DNA of 64,000 bases from an uncultured Alphaproteobacteria bacterium (GTDB taxonomy: Bacteria > Pseudomonadota > Alphaproteobacteria > Methylaequorales > Methylaequoraceae), in NCBI GenBank assembly GCA_902526175.1, contig CABZJY010000002.1:122372-186371 (forward strand), read 5' to 3'. The translations under genes and the position numbers were made by a program. This document shows positions 1 through 12,292 of this stretch, one piece after another. Under the pieces are notes generated by a model. That model was not told the DNA's origin. It did not search any database and saw only the letters and a program-made list of their open reading frames with translations. Each line of letters begins with the position of its first letter. The stretch's first letter is position 1.

Positions 1-247
1 AAAATCATCTACTTATGAGTGCGGTTTTGAACCTTTCTCAGATACCCGTGGAAAATTTGATGTGCAATTTTATCTTGTTGCTATACTTTTTATAATTTTT
101 GATTTAGAAATTATCTTCATGTTTCCTTGGGCTGTTGCCCTTATAGAATTAGAACCTTTAGGTTTTTGGTCGATGATGTTTTTCCTGTTTGTTTTAACTA
201 TAGGTTTTATTTATGAATGGAAAAAAGGAGCATTAGAATGGAACTAG
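1..247 (+). CDS. nuoA: NADH-quinone oxidoreductase subunit A (C-terminal part; gene starts upstream of window)
   Basis: Frame +2 translates as [37 protein letters not shown]..., the conserved NuoA/ND3 core. It is followed directly by nuoB-N in canonical order. Confidence 0.85.
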   Translation, partial: KSSTYECGFEPFSDTRGKFDVQFYLVAILFIIFDLEIIFMFPWAVALIELEPLGFWSMMFFLFVLTIGFIYEWKKGALEWN

Positions 248-750
248 CTAAGTCATCAACAAACAAATTTTTGGATCTAGAAAAACAAATTTCATCAGAA
301 GGCTTTGTTTTAGCGAAAGTTAACGAATTGATTAATTGGGCTAGATCCGGATCTTTGTGGCCTATGAGTTTTGGTCTGGCATGTTGCGCAGTCGAAATGA
401 TGCATTCTGCAGCTAGCAGATACGACTTCGATAGATTTGGAGTAGTTTTTAGACCTAGCCCAAGGCAATCAGATGTTATGATAGTTGCAGGAACATTAAC
501 AAATAAGATGGCACCTGCCTTGAGAAAAGTTTATGACCAAATGCCAGAACCAAGATGGGTAATATCAATGGGAAGTTGTGCCAATGGTGGAGGTTACTAT
601 CATTATTCTTACTCTGTTGTTAGAGGTTGTGATAGAATAGTTCCTGTTGATATTTATGTCCCTGGATGTCCTCCAACTGCTGAAGCTTTGTTTTATGGTA
701 TACTCCAATTGCAAAAAAAAATTATGAGACAAAGAACTTTTACAAGATGA
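238..750 (+). CDS. nuoB: NADH-quinone oxidoreductase subunit B (20 kDa, Fe-S)
   Basis: Sequence [19 protein letters not shown]...[14 protein letters not shown]...VPGCPP (NuoB cysteine motifs). The ATG at 238 is preferred over 217 because AAGGAG sits at 224-229, 8 nt upstream. Confidence 0.9.
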   Translation: MELAKSSTNKFLDLEKQISSEGFVLAKVNELINWARSGSLWPMSFGLACCAVEMMHSAASRYDFDRFGVVFRPSPRQSDVMIVAGTLTNKMAPALRKVYDQMPEPRWVISMGSCANGGGYYHYSYSVVRGCDRIVPVDIYVPGCPPTAEALFYGILQLQKKIMRQRTFTR

Positions 751-1364
751 ATAATACTTCTGAAAAAGAGTCTGTAATTAGGGATAAATTTGCTTTGATT
801 AAAGCATCACTCTCAAGTTTTAATTGTAGTTTATCGCTTAAGAATAACGAGATTGAGATCTTAATGCTTGATAAAAATTTGTTAAAAACAGTACTTTTTT
901 TAAAAGATAATCCCACAACAAACTTCGATGTTCTAGTAGACATTTGCGCAGTTGATTACCCTTATCAAGAAAAAAGATTTTCAGTTATTTATAATTTCTT
1001 AAGCACCACTCAAAATTTAAGAATAAGACTAAAATTTAATGTTAACGAAAATCAAGCGGTTGATTCGATTTGTTCAATTTATAGTTGCGCTAATTGGTAT
1101 GAAAGAGAGATATATGATTTATTTGGTATAAGTTTTAATAATCATCCAGATTTGAGACGAATTTTAACTGATTATGACTTTGAAGGACACCCATTAAGAA
1201 AGGACTTTCCACTTACCGGTTTTGTTCAAGTTAGATATGATTCGGAACAAAAGAAAATTGTAAATGAGCCAGTTAAACTAGACCAAGAATATAGAAATTT
1301 TGATAATTTAAGCCCTTGGGAAGGTATGAACAACGAAATTAGTGGTAAAGAAGATGGCAAATAA
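747..1364 (+). CDS. nuoC: NADH-quinone oxidoreductase subunit C (30 kDa)
   Basis: Sequence [35 protein letters not shown]...[12 protein letters not shown] (NuoC signature), at the expected position in the operon. Confidence 0.88.
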   Translation: MNNTSEKESVIRDKFALIKASLSSFNCSLSLKNNEIEILMLDKNLLKTVLFLKDNPTTNFDVLVDICAVDYPYQEKRFSVIYNFLSTTQNLRIRLKFNVNENQAVDSICSIYSCANWYEREIYDLFGISFNNHPDLRRILTDYDFEGHPLRKDFPLTGFVQVRYDSEQKKIVNEPVKLDQEYRNFDNLSPWEGMNNEISGKEDGK

Positions 1365-2535
1365 AACAAAAATTGAAAATTATTCTATGAATTTTGGACC
1401 TCAACATCCTGCCGCACACGGTGTTTTAAGACTAGTATTAGAATTGGACGGTGAAGTTGTTGAGAGAGCTGACCCACACATTGGATTGCTTCATAGAGGT
1501 ACTGAAAAATTAATTGAAAATAAAACTTACTTACAAGCTGTACCTTATTTTGATCGACTAGATTATGTTTCTCCAATGTGTCAAGAACACGCATTTGCTC
1601 TTTCTGTTGAAAAATTGATGAAAATTCATGTGCCAAAAAGAGGCCAGTACATAAGAGTGTTGTTTTCAGAAATTACAAGAATACTTAACCACATTTTAAA
1701 TATTACAACTTTTGCATTAGATGTTGGAGCCATGACTCCTTTTTTATGGTTTTTTGAAGAAAGAGAAGTTTTAATGGAATTTTATGAAAGAGTTTCTGGT
1801 TCTAGACTTCATGCAGCTTACTTCAGACCTGGAGGTGTATACAGAGATTTACCTGATGGTCTCTTAGAGGATATCGATCTATTTATCAAAAGGTTTCCAA
1901 AAAAAATTGACGACCTTGACAGATTACTGGACAAAAATAGAATTTTTAGACAAAGAACAGTTGATATTGGAAAAATAAAACTTAAGGATGCTCTTGAAAA
2001 AGGTTTTAGTGGCCCATGTCTGAGGGCTTCTGGTTTGGCTTGGGATTTAAGAAAGGATCAACCATATGAAGTATATGACGAAATAGATTTTAAAATTCCA
2101 ACAGGTACCAATGGAGATTGTTACGAGAGGTTTTTAGTAAGAATTGAAGAAATGAGACAATCCTTAAATATAATCAAACAATGTATTGATAATATGCCTT
2201 CAGGAGATTGTACCTCAAAAGATCCCAAAGTCACCCCTCCAAAGAGATCAGAAATGAAAAGATCTATGGAATCTCTTATTAATCATTTTAAGCTGTTCAC
2301 TGAGGGGTACCATGTTCCAGTGGGTGAAACATATCAATGTGTTGAAGCACCTAAAGGCGAATTTGGTGTTTTTTTGGTTTCTGATGGAAGCAACAAACCA
2401 TATAGATGCAAGATTAGAGCACCAGGTTTTCCATTATTACAAGCTACAGAATTCCTTTCTAAAGGGCATATGTTAGCAGATCTTGTTGCTATAATAGGCA
2501 GTTTAGATATAGTATTTGGAGAAATTGACAGGTAA
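1354..2535 (+). CDS. nuoD: NADH-quinone oxidoreductase subunit D (49 kDa)
   Basis: Sequence [22 protein letters not shown]...RAPGF (NuoD). The six-frame ORF opens at a GTG at 1342; the ATG at 1354 gives the typical short N-terminus. Confidence 0.88.
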   Translation: MANKTKIENYSMNFGPQHPAAHGVLRLVLELDGEVVERADPHIGLLHRGTEKLIENKTYLQAVPYFDRLDYVSPMCQEHAFALSVEKLMKIHVPKRGQYIRVLFSEITRILNHILNITTFALDVGAMTPFLWFFEEREVLMEFYERVSGSRLHAAYFRPGGVYRDLPDGLLEDIDLFIKRFPKKIDDLDRLLDKNRIFRQRTVDIGKIKLKDALEKGFSGPCLRASGLAWDLRKDQPYEVYDEIDFKIPTGTNGDCYERFLVRIEEMRQSLNIIKQCIDNMPSGDCTSKDPKVTPPKRSEMKRSMESLINHFKLFTEGYHVPVGETYQCVEAPKGEFGVFLVSDGSNKPYRCKIRAPGFPLLQATEFLSKGHMLADLVAIIGSLDIVFGEIDR

Positions 2536-2541
2536 TAAATT

Positions 2542-3135
2542 ATGACTTCTTCTTTTAAAGAATTTGCAAGCGATTCCCTTCAACCAAAAGAATTTTCCTT
2601 TACTGCAGAAAATTTAAGGGAAGCAAAAATTGTCTTAAAAAGGTATCCTAAGGACTACCCAGAAGGTGCTTTGATGCCGTTGCTCACTCTTGCACAAAAA
2701 CAATCTAAAGGCTGGTTACCCAAAAAGGCTATTGAATATATTGCTTCGTTCCTGAAAGTTTCTGAGATTAAAGTACTTGAAATCGCAACATTTTATTCAA
2801 TGTATAATTTAAGTCCAGTTGGTAAAAATCATATCGAAGTATGTACTACCACTCCATGTATGTTAAGAGGCTCAGATGATATCTTAAAAGTATGTGAAAA
2901 GTTTCTAAACATTAACTCTGGTAGTGTATCCAAAGACAAAAGATTTTCTCTAACTGAAGTTGAATGTTTAGGAGCATGTGTTAATGCTCCTGTGATAAAA
3001 ATAGACCAAGACTATTTTGAAGACTTAGATTCTAAATCTACATTAAATCTTCTGGATTGTCTTGCTGAAAATAAAACGGTAAAAAAGGGTTCTCAAATTA
3101 TGAGGAGAGGAACTGAACCAGTAAGAAGAAAGTAG
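2542..3135 (+). CDS. nuoE: NADH-quinone oxidoreductase subunit E (24 kDa, 2Fe-2S)
   Basis: Thioredoxin-like 2Fe-2S motif [14 protein letters not shown]...[11 protein letters not shown], plus a roughly 30-aa C-terminal extension. Confidence 0.88.
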   Translation: MTSSFKEFASDSLQPKEFSFTAENLREAKIVLKRYPKDYPEGALMPLLTLAQKQSKGWLPKKAIEYIASFLKVSEIKVLEIATFYSMYNLSPVGKNHIEVCTTTPCMLRGSDDILKVCEKFLNINSGSVSKDKRFSLTEVECLGACVNAPVIKIDQDYFEDLDSKSTLNLLDCLAENKTVKKGSQIMRRGTEPVRRK

Positions 3136-3136
3136 T

Positions 3137-4405
3137 ATGTTAAAAAAAAAGGACATAATTTTTGAAAATCTTTACAGAAAGTTTTCGCCCTATCTTTCTG
3201 CGGCTAAAGAAAGGGGTGACTGGAAAAACACTGCTAAATTAATAAAACAAGGTAGCAACAAAATAGTAGAAATTATAAAAGAATCTGGATTAAGAGGCAG
3301 AGGTGGGGCTGGTTTTTCTACTGGTATGAAATGGAGTTTTATGCCTAAGAAAAAGTCAAGGGAACATTATCTTGTTATTAATGCAGATGAAGGTGAGCCT
3401 GGAACATGTAAAGATAGAGACATTATAAGAAATGAGCCTCATAAACTAATTGAGGGATGTTTGCTCTCTGGTTATGCTATACAATCCAATACTTGTTATA
3501 TTTATATAAGAGGTGAGTTTGGTGAAGAAATTGAAATTCTAAATAAAGCAATTGAGGAAGCATATAAACATGGGTTAATAGGGCTTAACGCTTGTGGTAC
3601 TGGTTGGAGATTTGATATTCACTTACACTTAGGTGCAGGAGCATATATATGTGGTGAAGAAACCGCTTTAATAGAAAGTATTGAAGGTAAGAAAGGTCAA
3701 CCAAGATTAAAACCACCTTTCCCGGCTAATGTTGGTTTATTTGGTTGTCCCACTACTGTAAACAATGTTGAGACTATCGCTGTAATACCGACTATATTAA
3801 GAAGAGGTGCTTCATGGTTTTCTTCACTTGGAAAACCAAATAATACTGGTTCAAAAATTTTTTGTATTTCCGGTCATGTCAACAGACCATGTAATGTTGA
3901 AGAAGAGCTCGGTGTACCACTCAAAACTTTAATTCAAAAATATGCAGGTGATGTGATAGGAGGTTGGGACAATCTTCTTGCAGTAATTCCTGGCGGCTCG
4001 TCAGTTCCACTATTGCCAAAAGAGATTTGCGAGAGCATTTCAATGGATTTTGATTCATTAAAGGAAGCTGGATCTGGGCTTGGGACAGCTGGAGTAATTG
4101 TAATGAACAAACAAACTGATATTGTTAGTGCTATTAGACGTTTGTCTGAATTTTACAAGCACGAATCTTGTGGTCAATGTACACCATGCAGAGAGGGAAC
4201 TGGTTGGTTGATGAGAATGATGAAAAAAATAGAATTAGGAGATTTTATTCCAGAAGACCTGGAAATGTTAGAAAATGTAACTAAACAAATTGAAGGTCAC
4301 ACAATATGTGCATTAGGAGATGCGGCTGCATGGCCAATTCAAGGGTTATTACGACACTTTAAGAATGAAGTTTTATTAAGATCTAAAAAACATTATGTAG
4401 CATAA
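3137..4405 (+). CDS. nuoF: NADH-quinone oxidoreductase subunit F (51 kDa, FMN/NADH-binding)
   Basis: Sequence [15 protein letters not shown] (FMN site), GEPGTCKDR, and the 4Fe-4S motif [12 protein letters not shown]. Confidence 0.92.
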   Translation: MLKKKDIIFENLYRKFSPYLSAAKERGDWKNTAKLIKQGSNKIVEIIKESGLRGRGGAGFSTGMKWSFMPKKKSREHYLVINADEGEPGTCKDRDIIRNEPHKLIEGCLLSGYAIQSNTCYIYIRGEFGEEIEILNKAIEEAYKHGLIGLNACGTGWRFDIHLHLGAGAYICGEETALIESIEGKKGQPRLKPPFPANVGLFGCPTTVNNVETIAVIPTILRRGASWFSSLGKPNNTGSKIFCISGHVNRPCNVEEELGVPLKTLIQKYAGDVIGGWDNLLAVIPGGSSVPLLPKEICESISMDFDSLKEAGSGLGTAGVIVMNKQTDIVSAIRRLSEFYKHESCGQCTPCREGTGWLMRMMKKIELGDFIPEDLEMLENVTKQIEGHTICALGDAAAWPIQGLLRHFKNEVLLRSKKHYVA

Positions 4406-4406
4406 A

Positions 4407-6455
4407 ATGCCCAAAATTGAAATAGATGGAAAGACAATACAAGTAGACAGTGGGATAAATATACTCCAAGCCTGTGAACTTATTGGTATTGAAATCCCTA
4501 GGTTTTGCTATCACGAGAAGTTATCAATAGCAGGTAATTGTAGGATGTGTTTAGTTGAAATGGAAGGTTCGAATAAGCCAGTCGCTTCATGTGCTATGCC
4601 TGTAGCAGACGGTATGAAGATAAAAACTAAAAGTGAATTTGTAAAAAAAGCAAGAAACGGAGTCATGGAATTTCTTTTAATTAACCATCCTCTAGATTGC
4701 CCAGTCTGTGATCAAGGAGGTGAATGCGATCTTCAAGATCAGGCAATGGCCTATGGTAATGGAATAAGTAGATATTTTGAAAAAAAAAGGGCAGTTAAAG
4801 ATAAATATATCGGACCTCTAATTAAAACTCATATGACCAGGTGCATCCATTGTACAAGATGTGTTCGTTTTGGAGAAGAAATAGGAGGGATTGAACAACT
4901 TGGGGCAACAGGTAGAGGAGAAGATACAGAAATCACTACTTTTTTAGAAAAATCGATTTGTTCTGAACTTTCTGGTAATGTAATAGATTTATGTCCAGTA
5001 GGCGCTCTCACATCTAAACCATATTCTTACATTGCTAGACCATGGGAACTTAAGAAAATTGATAGTATAGACGTTATGGATGCTGTTGGGAGTAATATTA
5101 GAGTTGATACAAAAGCTGATAAGATTATGAGAATACTACCAAGAATAAATGAGTCTATTAATGAGGAATGGATTTCAGATAAAACCAGATTTGCTTATGA
5201 TGGATTATCTAGTCAAAGAATTGATAAACCGTTTGTAAAAAATAATGGAAGGTTTAACGAGCTCTCATATTCAGAGTTATTTTTAATTTTAAAAGAAAAA
5301 TTTTCTAATGTAAAAAAATCAAAATTTTTCGCCTTAATTGGAAATACTGTTGACTGCGAAACAATTTTTTCATTTAAGCATTTTTTAATGAAAAATGGTT
5401 TATATAATTTTGATTGCAGGCAAGATAATTCTTTTTTTATACCTAAAGACAGATCATCTTATGTATTTAACTCAACTATTTCTGGTATAGATGAAACTGA
5501 TCTTTGTTTATTAATTGGGTGTGATCCAAAGGTGGAGGCCCCTATTTTAAATGCTAGAATAAGAAAAAGGTTTCTTAATTATGAGAGTCAATATCCAGTA
5601 GGAAAGATTGGTTTAACTTCCAAGTTAAACTATGAATCAATCCAAATAAGTAATGATTCTAGTGGAATTGAGATGCTCTTGAGCAATGAGCATAAATTTT
5701 CTAGTTATTTAAGAAAAGCAAAAAAACCAATATTTATTATTGGACAAGGGGCTTTATGTAACAAAAATGCAGAAAAAATTTTTTATAAAGCAAGAGAATT
5801 GTATGATTCTTTAAATATTGAAGAAAATTGGAATGGATTCAATATCTTACAAACATTCTCAGGACGCACAGGTGCTTTGGATCTTGAATTTTATTCTAAT
5901 GAAAATGTAAATAAAAATACAGATTTCTTAGAAAATATTTATAATGGATCAATAAATCTTCTTTATCTTTTTGCTGCAGATGAAATTGATTTTTCAAAGG
6001 TTCCATCGACAACATTTGTTATTTATCAAGGACATCATGGAGATGCAGGTGCAAATAGAGCAGATTTAATAATACCAACAACTTGTTTTACTGAAAAACA
6101 AGGTATTTATATCAATGTTGAAGGTAGGCCTCAAATTTCCGCCCAAATAAAGTCACCTATTTCTAATGTAATGCATTCTTGGGATTTTTTTCTTGAGTTA
6201 TCCAAATATATTGGTTCGAAACTTGATTATAAAAACCTCAGCGAATTAAGAGAATTAATGTTCAGCAAATATCCTGTTGTTAAAAATATTAATAAAATAA
6301 AAAAAAATAAATTGCAAAAAACAAAATTTGTTAGAACCTTCAATGCAAATGAGATTCTTAAATCTAATATTTCAAATTTTTATATGACCGATGTTGTGAG
6401 TAAGAATTCAAAAACCATGGCAGAATGTTCTAAAATGTTTTTAGCCAAGAGTTAA
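4407..6455 (+). CDS. nuoG: NADH-quinone oxidoreductase subunit G (75 kDa)
   Basis: N-terminal 2Fe-2S ferredoxin fold ([18 protein letters not shown]), [28 protein letters not shown]; length 682 aa. Confidence 0.92.
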   Translation: MPKIEIDGKTIQVDSGINILQACELIGIEIPRFCYHEKLSIAGNCRMCLVEMEGSNKPVASCAMPVADGMKIKTKSEFVKKARNGVMEFLLINHPLDCPVCDQGGECDLQDQAMAYGNGISRYFEKKRAVKDKYIGPLIKTHMTRCIHCTRCVRFGEEIGGIEQLGATGRGEDTEITTFLEKSICSELSGNVIDLCPVGALTSKPYSYIARPWELKKIDSIDVMDAVGSNIRVDTKADKIMRILPRINESINEEWISDKTRFAYDGLSSQRIDKPFVKNNGRFNELSYSELFLILKEKFSNVKKSKFFALIGNTVDCETIFSFKHFLMKNGLYNFDCRQDNSFFIPKDRSSYVFNSTISGIDETDLCLLIGCDPKVEAPILNARIRKRFLNYESQYPVGKIGLTSKLNYESIQISNDSSGIEMLLSNEHKFSSYLRKAKKPIFIIGQGALCNKNAEKIFYKARELYDSLNIEENWNGFNILQTFSGRTGALDLEFYSNENVNKNTDFLENIYNGSINLLYLFAADEIDFSKVPSTTFVIYQGHHGDAGANRADLIIPTTCFTEKQGIYINVEGRPQISAQIKSPISNVMHSWDFFLELSKYIGSKLDYKNLSELRELMFSKYPVVKNINKIKKNKLQKTKFVRTFNANEILKSNISNFYMTDVVSKNSKTMAECSKMFLAKS

Positions 6456-6456
6456 T

Positions 6457-7461
6457 ATGTTTATTGAAAATAATTTAGTTATGGAATCGCTAATAGATGT
6501 TCTGAAGATTTTAGCGATAATCTTACCTTTACTGATATTTATAGCATATCTGACTTATTTTGAGAGAAAAGTAATTGGGTTTATGCAATTGAGAAAAGGT
6601 CCAAATGTAGTAGGCCCATTCGGTCTTTTCCAACCTTTTGCAGACGGTATAAAACTACTTACGAAAGAAACTATAGTTCCATCAAATTCTAACAAATTTT
6701 TGTTTATATTATCACCAATTATTACATTTACTCTTGCTTTAATTGCATGGGCAGTAATACCAATTGATAATGATATTGTGTTATCAAACATTAATGTAGG
6801 AATAATGTATATAGTTGCTGTTTCCTCACTAAGTGTTTACGGAATAATAATGGCAGGGTGGGCTAGTAATTCAAGGTATGCTTTCCTTGGTTCTTTACGA
6901 TCAGCTGCACAAATGATTTCATATGAAGTGTCTATAGGTCTAATTATTATTAATATCTTAATCACAGTGGGGTCTCTAAATTTATCAGAAATAGTTTTAG
7001 CACAGAAAAACGTCTGGTATTTTTTACCTCACTTTCCAATGTTTATAGTTTTTTTTATATCAACTTTGGCTGAAACAAATAGAGCTCCTTTTGATTTACC
7101 AGAAGCAGAAGCTGAGTTAGTAGCCGGATACAATGTTGAATATTCTTCTCTGTCATTTGGACTTTTCTTTTTAGGAGAATACGGTAACATGATTCTCATG
7201 AGTTCTATGACCACTATATTATTTTTGGGTGGATGGTTACCTCCAGTTGATAATGAAATATTTAATCTAATTCCAGGTTTTGTTTGGTTTTTTTTAAAAG
7301 TAAGTTTTTTACTTTTTTTATTTTTATGGATAAGAGCAACATTACCTAGATTTAGATACGATCAATTAATGAGGTTGGGATGGAAAGTATTTCTACCTTT
7401 ATCACTTTTCTGGGTTATTATAACATCAAGTTACGTTTATTTTAATAATGGAAATTTTTAA
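6457..7461 (+). CDS. nuoH: NADH-quinone oxidoreductase subunit H (membrane)
   Basis: Polytopic membrane protein containing [23 protein letters not shown] and [25 protein letters not shown], the NuoH/ND1 signature. Confidence 0.92.
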   Translation: MFIENNLVMESLIDVLKILAIILPLLIFIAYLTYFERKVIGFMQLRKGPNVVGPFGLFQPFADGIKLLTKETIVPSNSNKFLFILSPIITFTLALIAWAVIPIDNDIVLSNINVGIMYIVAVSSLSVYGIIMAGWASNSRYAFLGSLRSAAQMISYEVSIGLIIINILITVGSLNLSEIVLAQKNVWYFLPHFPMFIVFFISTLAETNRAPFDLPEAEAELVAGYNVEYSSLSFGLFFLGEYGNMILMSSMTTILFLGGWLPPVDNEIFNLIPGFVWFFLKVSFLLFLFLWIRATLPRFRYDQLMRLGWKVFLPLSLFWVIITSSYVYFNNGNF

Positions 7462-7464
7462 AAA

Positions 7465-7965
7465 ATGATAAAATTTTTAAAGAAAACTAAAATTTTTTTC
7501 AAACAGTTATTTTTACTGGAAATTGTTGATGGATTGATTTTGACTCTAAAATATTTTTTTAAAAAAAAAGTTACTCTCAATTACCCATTTGAAAAAGGTG
7601 CCTTAAGTTCAAGGTTTAGAGGAGAACACGCATTGAGGAGATATGAGTCGGGTGAGGAACGTTGTATAGCCTGTAAACTATGCGAGGCGGTTTGTCCAGC
7701 ACAAGCAATTATAATAGAAGCTGAGCCAAGGGATGATGGTTCAAGGCGTACTACAAGATATGATATTGATATGACAAAATGTATTTATTGTGGTTATTGT
7801 CAGGAATCATGTCCTGTGGATGCAATTGTTGAAGGACCAAACTTTGAATTTGCAACTGAAACTAGAGAAGAACTAATGTATGATAAAGAAAAATTATTGG
7901 ATAATGGTGACAGATGGGAGTTAGAAATTGCAAAAAATTTGGATAAAGAATCTAAATATATGTAG
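7465..7965 (+). CDS. nuoI: NADH-quinone oxidoreductase subunit I (2x4Fe-4S ferredoxin)
   Basis: Two CxxCxxCxxxCP motifs ([24 protein letters not shown]). Confidence 0.92.
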   Translation: MIKFLKKTKIFFKQLFLLEIVDGLILTLKYFFKKKVTLNYPFEKGALSSRFRGEHALRRYESGEERCIACKLCEAVCPAQAIIIEAEPRDDGSRRTTRYDIDMTKCIYCGYCQESCPVDAIVEGPNFEFATETREELMYDKEKLLDNGDRWELEIAKNLDKESKYM

Positions 7966-7972
7966 CTAAAGT

Positions 7973-8560
7973 ATGTTTTTTAATATTTTCTCTGCGATTA
8001 TTATTGTTTCAAGTTTAATGGTCGTTTTATCTAGAAACCCAGTTTATTCTGTACTTTTTTTAGTTTTTACTTTTTTGAACGCCTCAATAATTTTTTTGAT
8101 TTCAAATGCAGAATTTTTGGCTATGACATTGATTATAGTATATGTAGGAGCTGTTGCTGTGCTTTTTTTATTTGTCGTTATGATGTTAAATATAAATTCT
8201 ACAAAAATAAAAGAAGGACTGTTAAAATATCTACCTTTTGGAGTTCTTCTCACATTAGTTTTTGTTGGAGAGTTATATGTTATCTTTCAAGGAGAAAGTT
8301 TAGGTTTTGTCACCCCCAAAATAGATATAGAAGAATTATTTCAGAATGGGAATTCGAATACAAAGGCAATTGGGCTTTATTTATACACAGATTATTTCAT
8401 AATCTTTCAAATGTCTGCTTATGTTCTTCTTGTTGCTATGATTGGTGCGATAGTTTTGGCTTATAAAGATAAAAAGTCTATAAAAAGTCAAAATGTTTTT
8501 ATTCAGAATACTGTTAGAAAAGAAGATTTAATTAAACTTGTTGATTCAAAGAAAAAATAA
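7973..8560 (+). CDS. nuoJ: NADH-quinone oxidoreductase subunit J
   Basis: Hydrophobic protein of about 195 aa with NuoJ-like N-terminal helices, positioned between nuoI and nuoK. Confidence 0.8.
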   Translation: MFFNIFSAIIIVSSLMVVLSRNPVYSVLFLVFTFLNASIIFLISNAEFLAMTLIIVYVGAVAVLFLFVVMMLNINSTKIKEGLLKYLPFGVLLTLVFVGELYVIFQGESLGFVTPKIDIEELFQNGNSNTKAIGLYLYTDYFIIFQMSAYVLLVAMIGAIVLAYKDKKSIKSQNVFIQNTVRKEDLIKLVDSKKK

Positions 8561-8572
8561 TACAAAAAAAAT

Positions 8573-8875
8573 ATGGGTATGTCTAATTTTTTAATACTGT
8601 CGTCAATTGTATTTGCAATTGGATTACTTGGTATTTTTGTTAATAGAAAAAATATGATAATTATTTTAATGTCAATAGAGTTAATGTTACTAGCAGTAAA
8701 TATAAACTTTGTTGGGTTTTCATATGTTTATAACGACCTTTCTGGTCAAATTTTCTCAATGTTTATACTAGTTGTTGCAGCTGCAGAAGCAGCCGTTGGA
8801 CTTGCAATACTAACCATTTTTTTTAAAAATAAAGGAACGATAAGCGTTGATAAAATAAGTAAAATGAAAGGTTGA
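8573..8875 (+). CDS. nuoK: NADH-quinone oxidoreductase subunit K
   Basis: 100-aa three-helix membrane protein ending [12 protein letters not shown], typical of NuoK/ND4L. Confidence 0.85.
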   Translation: MGMSNFLILSSIVFAIGLLGIFVNRKNMIIILMSIELMLLAVNINFVGFSYVYNDLSGQIFSMFILVVAAAEAAVGLAILTIFFKNKGTISVDKISKMKG

Positions 8876-8876
8876 G

Positions 8877-10802
8877 ATGCATATACTTTCTGTTTTTCTT
8901 CCACTACTGAGTTTTTTAATAGCTTTTTTTCTATCAAGAAAAATATCTGACGAAATAGTAGATTACACAACGTGTACTATGATGGCATTTTCAACAATCT
9001 TATCATTATATTGTTTTTTTTTAATTAATGAATATAACCCTGAAAGAATTATCAAAGTATCTGAGTGGTTAAATTCAGGAAGCTTGTATATTGATTGGTC
9101 ATTAAATTTCAATAGGCTGACTGCCTTAATGGTTTTCTTAGTAAATTTTGTATCTACCATTGTGCACGTGTATTCAGTTGGATATATGAATAATGACGAT
9201 AGAAGACCAATCTTTATGGCATATTTAGGTCTTTTTACTTTTTTTATGTTAATGTTAGTAACTTCTTCAAATTTAATTCAATTGTTTCTTGGATGGGAAG
9301 GCGTCGGACTTACTTCATATCTTTTGATTGGTTATTACAGTTACAAAGAATCAGCTAATAAAGCAGCAATTAAAGCTTTTATAGTTAATAGAGTTGGAGA
9401 TTTTGGTTTTTTAATTGGAATCTTTGCTATTTTTATAGTTTTTGGAACGATAAATTTAAAAGAAATTTTTTTGTTGGTTGATACTCAGGAAAATACATAT
9501 TTTAATTTTCTAGGTTATAACTTTCATACTCTTACACTCATAACAATGCTTTTATTCATTGGTGCAATGGGTAAATCTGCACAGTTTGGTTTTCACACTT
9601 GGTTACCAGACGCAATGGAAGGACCTACTCCAGTTTCAGCATTGATACATGCTGCGACAATGGTAACTGCTGGTGTATTTTTGATGGTATTAATGTCACC
9701 ACTTCTTGAAAAAACTGAATTTACTAGAAATTTTATTATAGTAATAGGTAGTTTATCGGCCCTTTTTGCAGCAACTGTAGCAATAACACAAGATGATATT
9801 AAAAAAATAATTGCATATTCAACTTGTAGTCAGTTAGGATATATGTTCATTGCAATAGGTGTTTCTGCTTACAATATTGCTATTTTTCATCTGTTCACCC
9901 ATGCTTTTTTCAAAGCTCTTCTTTTTTTAGGCGCTGGTTCTGTAATACATGCTATGTCAGATGAACAAAACATAAAAAAGATGGGTGGTTTGTATAAAAA
10001 AATTCCTGTTACATATATCCTTATGTTAGTTGGGACATTATCTCTAACTGGGTTTCCTTTTTTTAGTGCATACTACTCAAAAGACTTAATAATGGAACTT
10101 GTTTTTTTGGATGATTCATATTTATCTAATTTTGTATTTATAAATTCTGTAATTGTAGTTTTTCTTACATCTTTTTATTCATTCAGATTATTATTTTATG
10201 TTTTTCATGGAAATAACAGATCCGATGAAAAGGTATTTTCACATGTGCATGAATCCCCTAATATTATGTTGCTTCCACTTGTTGTTTTATCGTTTTTTTC
10301 AGTTTTTTCAGGATTAGCATTTAAAAAATATTTTTTTGGTATAGATTCCATTGTATTTTGGGGAGATAGTCTAATAAATATTTCTCTTAATGTACCTGAA
10401 TCAATGATTTACCAAATACCCTTCTATATAAAAAAATTACCGTTGTTCAATATAATATTAGGTATGATGTTTTCAGCCATTTTGATACTTTACCTAAAAA
10501 AATTAAAAGACTTTTTCAAAGAAAAATTAAAGTATATAGTTTTATTTTTGAGGAAAAGCTGGTTTTTTGACGAACTTTACGATTTTCTTTTTGTTAAACC
10601 ATCTAAATATATTGGTAATGGGTTTTGGAAAGCAATAGATATTGAGTTAATAGACAATGTTGGCCCAAATGGAATGGCAAGAATAGTAAAAAAAATGGGA
10701 TCAATAGTTTCAAGTTTACAAACTGGGTTTTTATACCATTATGCATTTATGGTTATAATAGGCTTGACAATTTTTATCAGTATTTACTTTTATTTATTTT
10801 AA
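8877..10802 (+). CDS. nuoL: NADH-quinone oxidoreductase subunit L (antiporter-like)
   Basis: 641-aa polytopic protein with WLPDAMEGPTPVSALIHAATMVTAG (Mrp-antiporter-like NuoL/ND5 motif). Confidence 0.92.
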   Translation: MHILSVFLPLLSFLIAFFLSRKISDEIVDYTTCTMMAFSTILSLYCFFLINEYNPERIIKVSEWLNSGSLYIDWSLNFNRLTALMVFLVNFVSTIVHVYSVGYMNNDDRRPIFMAYLGLFTFFMLMLVTSSNLIQLFLGWEGVGLTSYLLIGYYSYKESANKAAIKAFIVNRVGDFGFLIGIFAIFIVFGTINLKEIFLLVDTQENTYFNFLGYNFHTLTLITMLLFIGAMGKSAQFGFHTWLPDAMEGPTPVSALIHAATMVTAGVFLMVLMSPLLEKTEFTRNFIIVIGSLSALFAATVAITQDDIKKIIAYSTCSQLGYMFIAIGVSAYNIAIFHLFTHAFFKALLFLGAGSVIHAMSDEQNIKKMGGLYKKIPVTYILMLVGTLSLTGFPFFSAYYSKDLIMELVFLDDSYLSNFVFINSVIVVFLTSFYSFRLLFYVFHGNNRSDEKVFSHVHESPNIMLLPLVVLSFFSVFSGLAFKKYFFGIDSIVFWGDSLINISLNVPESMIYQIPFYIKKLPLFNIILGMMFSAILILYLKKLKDFFKEKLKYIVLFLRKSWFFDELYDFLFVKPSKYIGNGFWKAIDIELIDNVGPNGMARIVKKMGSIVSSLQTGFLYHYAFMVIIGLTIFISIYFYLF

Positions 10803-10805
10803 AAG

Positions 10806-12284
10806 ATGTTTAATATACCCATCCTTCCAATGCTAATTTTAATCCCAATTTTAGGTATTATTTTTGTATTAATGTCAGTGGAAGAAGAAAACTCTATAGC
10901 AGCAAAACGTTCTGCTTTATGGACTTCTATAATTAATTTTTTGTTGTCTTTATATATACCTATAAATTTTGATCAAACTATACCTCATTTTCAATTTGTT
11001 AACTCTTTTAGCTGGTTTAATAATGAAAATTTAAAATTTTCATTAGGTGTAGATGGTATATCTCTTCCATTCATTGTTTTATCAACATTTTTAATCCCGC
11101 TTTGTATCTTCTTTATGTGGGATAATAAGAAGGATAAGATTAAATTATATCTTTCTTCTTTCTTATTAATTGAAAGTTTTCTAATTGGAGCCTTTAGTGC
11201 CATTGATTTATTCTCATTTTACATTTTTTTTGAAAGTATTTTAATTCCAATGTATATGATTATAGGTATATGGGGTGGTGAAAGAAGAATTTATTCAGCC
11301 TACAAATTTTTCTTATATACCTTTCTTGGTTCTGTTTTAATGCTTGTTGCCATTATTTTTCTTTATCAAGAATTTGGTACTACAGAAATTCCCAAAATAC
11401 TGAATTTTAATTTACCATTTTATATACAGATCTGGTTATGGTTAGCTTTTTTTTCATCATTTGCAGTAAAAATTCCAATGTGGCCTTTCCATACATGGCT
11501 TCCAGATGCTCATGTAGAGGCACCCACAGAAGGTTCAGTCATTTTAGCTGCTGTTCTATTAAAATTGGGAGGTTATGGTTTTATTAGATTCAATTTGTCA
11601 ATTCTACCTGATGCATCTATCTTTTTTACACCTTTCATATATTTTTTATCTACAGTCGCTGTGATATATACTTCATTTATTGCGTTAGTACAAACCGATA
11701 TAAAAAAATTAATTGCTTATTCTTCGGTTGCTCATATGGGCTTTGTAACAATAGGAATATTTTCAGCAAATATACAAGGCATTCACGGTGCAATATTGCA
11801 AATGGTTTCACATGGTTTGATATCAGCAGCACTTTTTTTTTCAATAGGAAGTATCTATAATAGATACCATACGAAAAACATTGCATTTTTTAGTGGTTTG
11901 AAAACAATAATGCCTAAGTTAGCATTTTTCTTTTTAATATTTAGTTTAGGCTCAATTGGGTTTCCAGGCACAAGTGGATTTGTAGCTGAATTTCTGACAT
12001 TATTAGCAGTTTTTAGTAAAAGTACAATAATAGCTTTTTTTGCAGCATTGGGCATCATTTTAGCTGCGGCTTACATGCTAAATTTATATAAAAAAATATT
12101 TTTAGGAGAAATTAACAATCAAGTGCTTAAAGCAAATAGTGATCTAAAAATAAATGAAATTTTAATCTTTAGTTCTTTAGTTTTTTTGATCATTTTGTTA
12201 GGAATTAAACCTAATTTACTTCTAAATTTTTCAACATCTTCTATTGAACGAATAATAACTTTATATCCAATTTCAATATTTTAG
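10806..12284 (+). CDS. nuoM: NADH-quinone oxidoreductase subunit M
   Basis: 492 aa; WLPDAHVEAPTEGSVILAAVLLKLGGYG (NuoM/ND4). Confidence 0.92.
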   Translation: MFNIPILPMLILIPILGIIFVLMSVEEENSIAAKRSALWTSIINFLLSLYIPINFDQTIPHFQFVNSFSWFNNENLKFSLGVDGISLPFIVLSTFLIPLCIFFMWDNKKDKIKLYLSSFLLIESFLIGAFSAIDLFSFYIFFESILIPMYMIIGIWGGERRIYSAYKFFLYTFLGSVLMLVAIIFLYQEFGTTEIPKILNFNLPFYIQIWLWLAFFSSFAVKIPMWPFHTWLPDAHVEAPTEGSVILAAVLLKLGGYGFIRFNLSILPDASIFFTPFIYFLSTVAVIYTSFIALVQTDIKKLIAYSSVAHMGFVTIGIFSANIQGIHGAILQMVSHGLISAALFFSIGSIYNRYHTKNIAFFSGLKTIMPKLAFFFLIFSLGSIGFPGTSGFVAEFLTLLAVFSKSTIIAFFAALGIILAAAYMLNLYKKIFLGEINNQVLKANSDLKINEILIFSSLVFLIILLGIKPNLLLNFSTSSIERIITLYPISIF

Positions 12285-12292
12285 GAGATATC

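Noticed and set aside
217-237. Upstream ATG at 217 as the nuoB start (six-frame ORF start)
   Set aside because: The ATG at 238 has a well-spaced AAGGAG Shine-Dalgarno (224-229) and yields a canonical NuoB N-terminus. Using 217 would embed the SD in the coding sequence and extend the overlap with nuoA.
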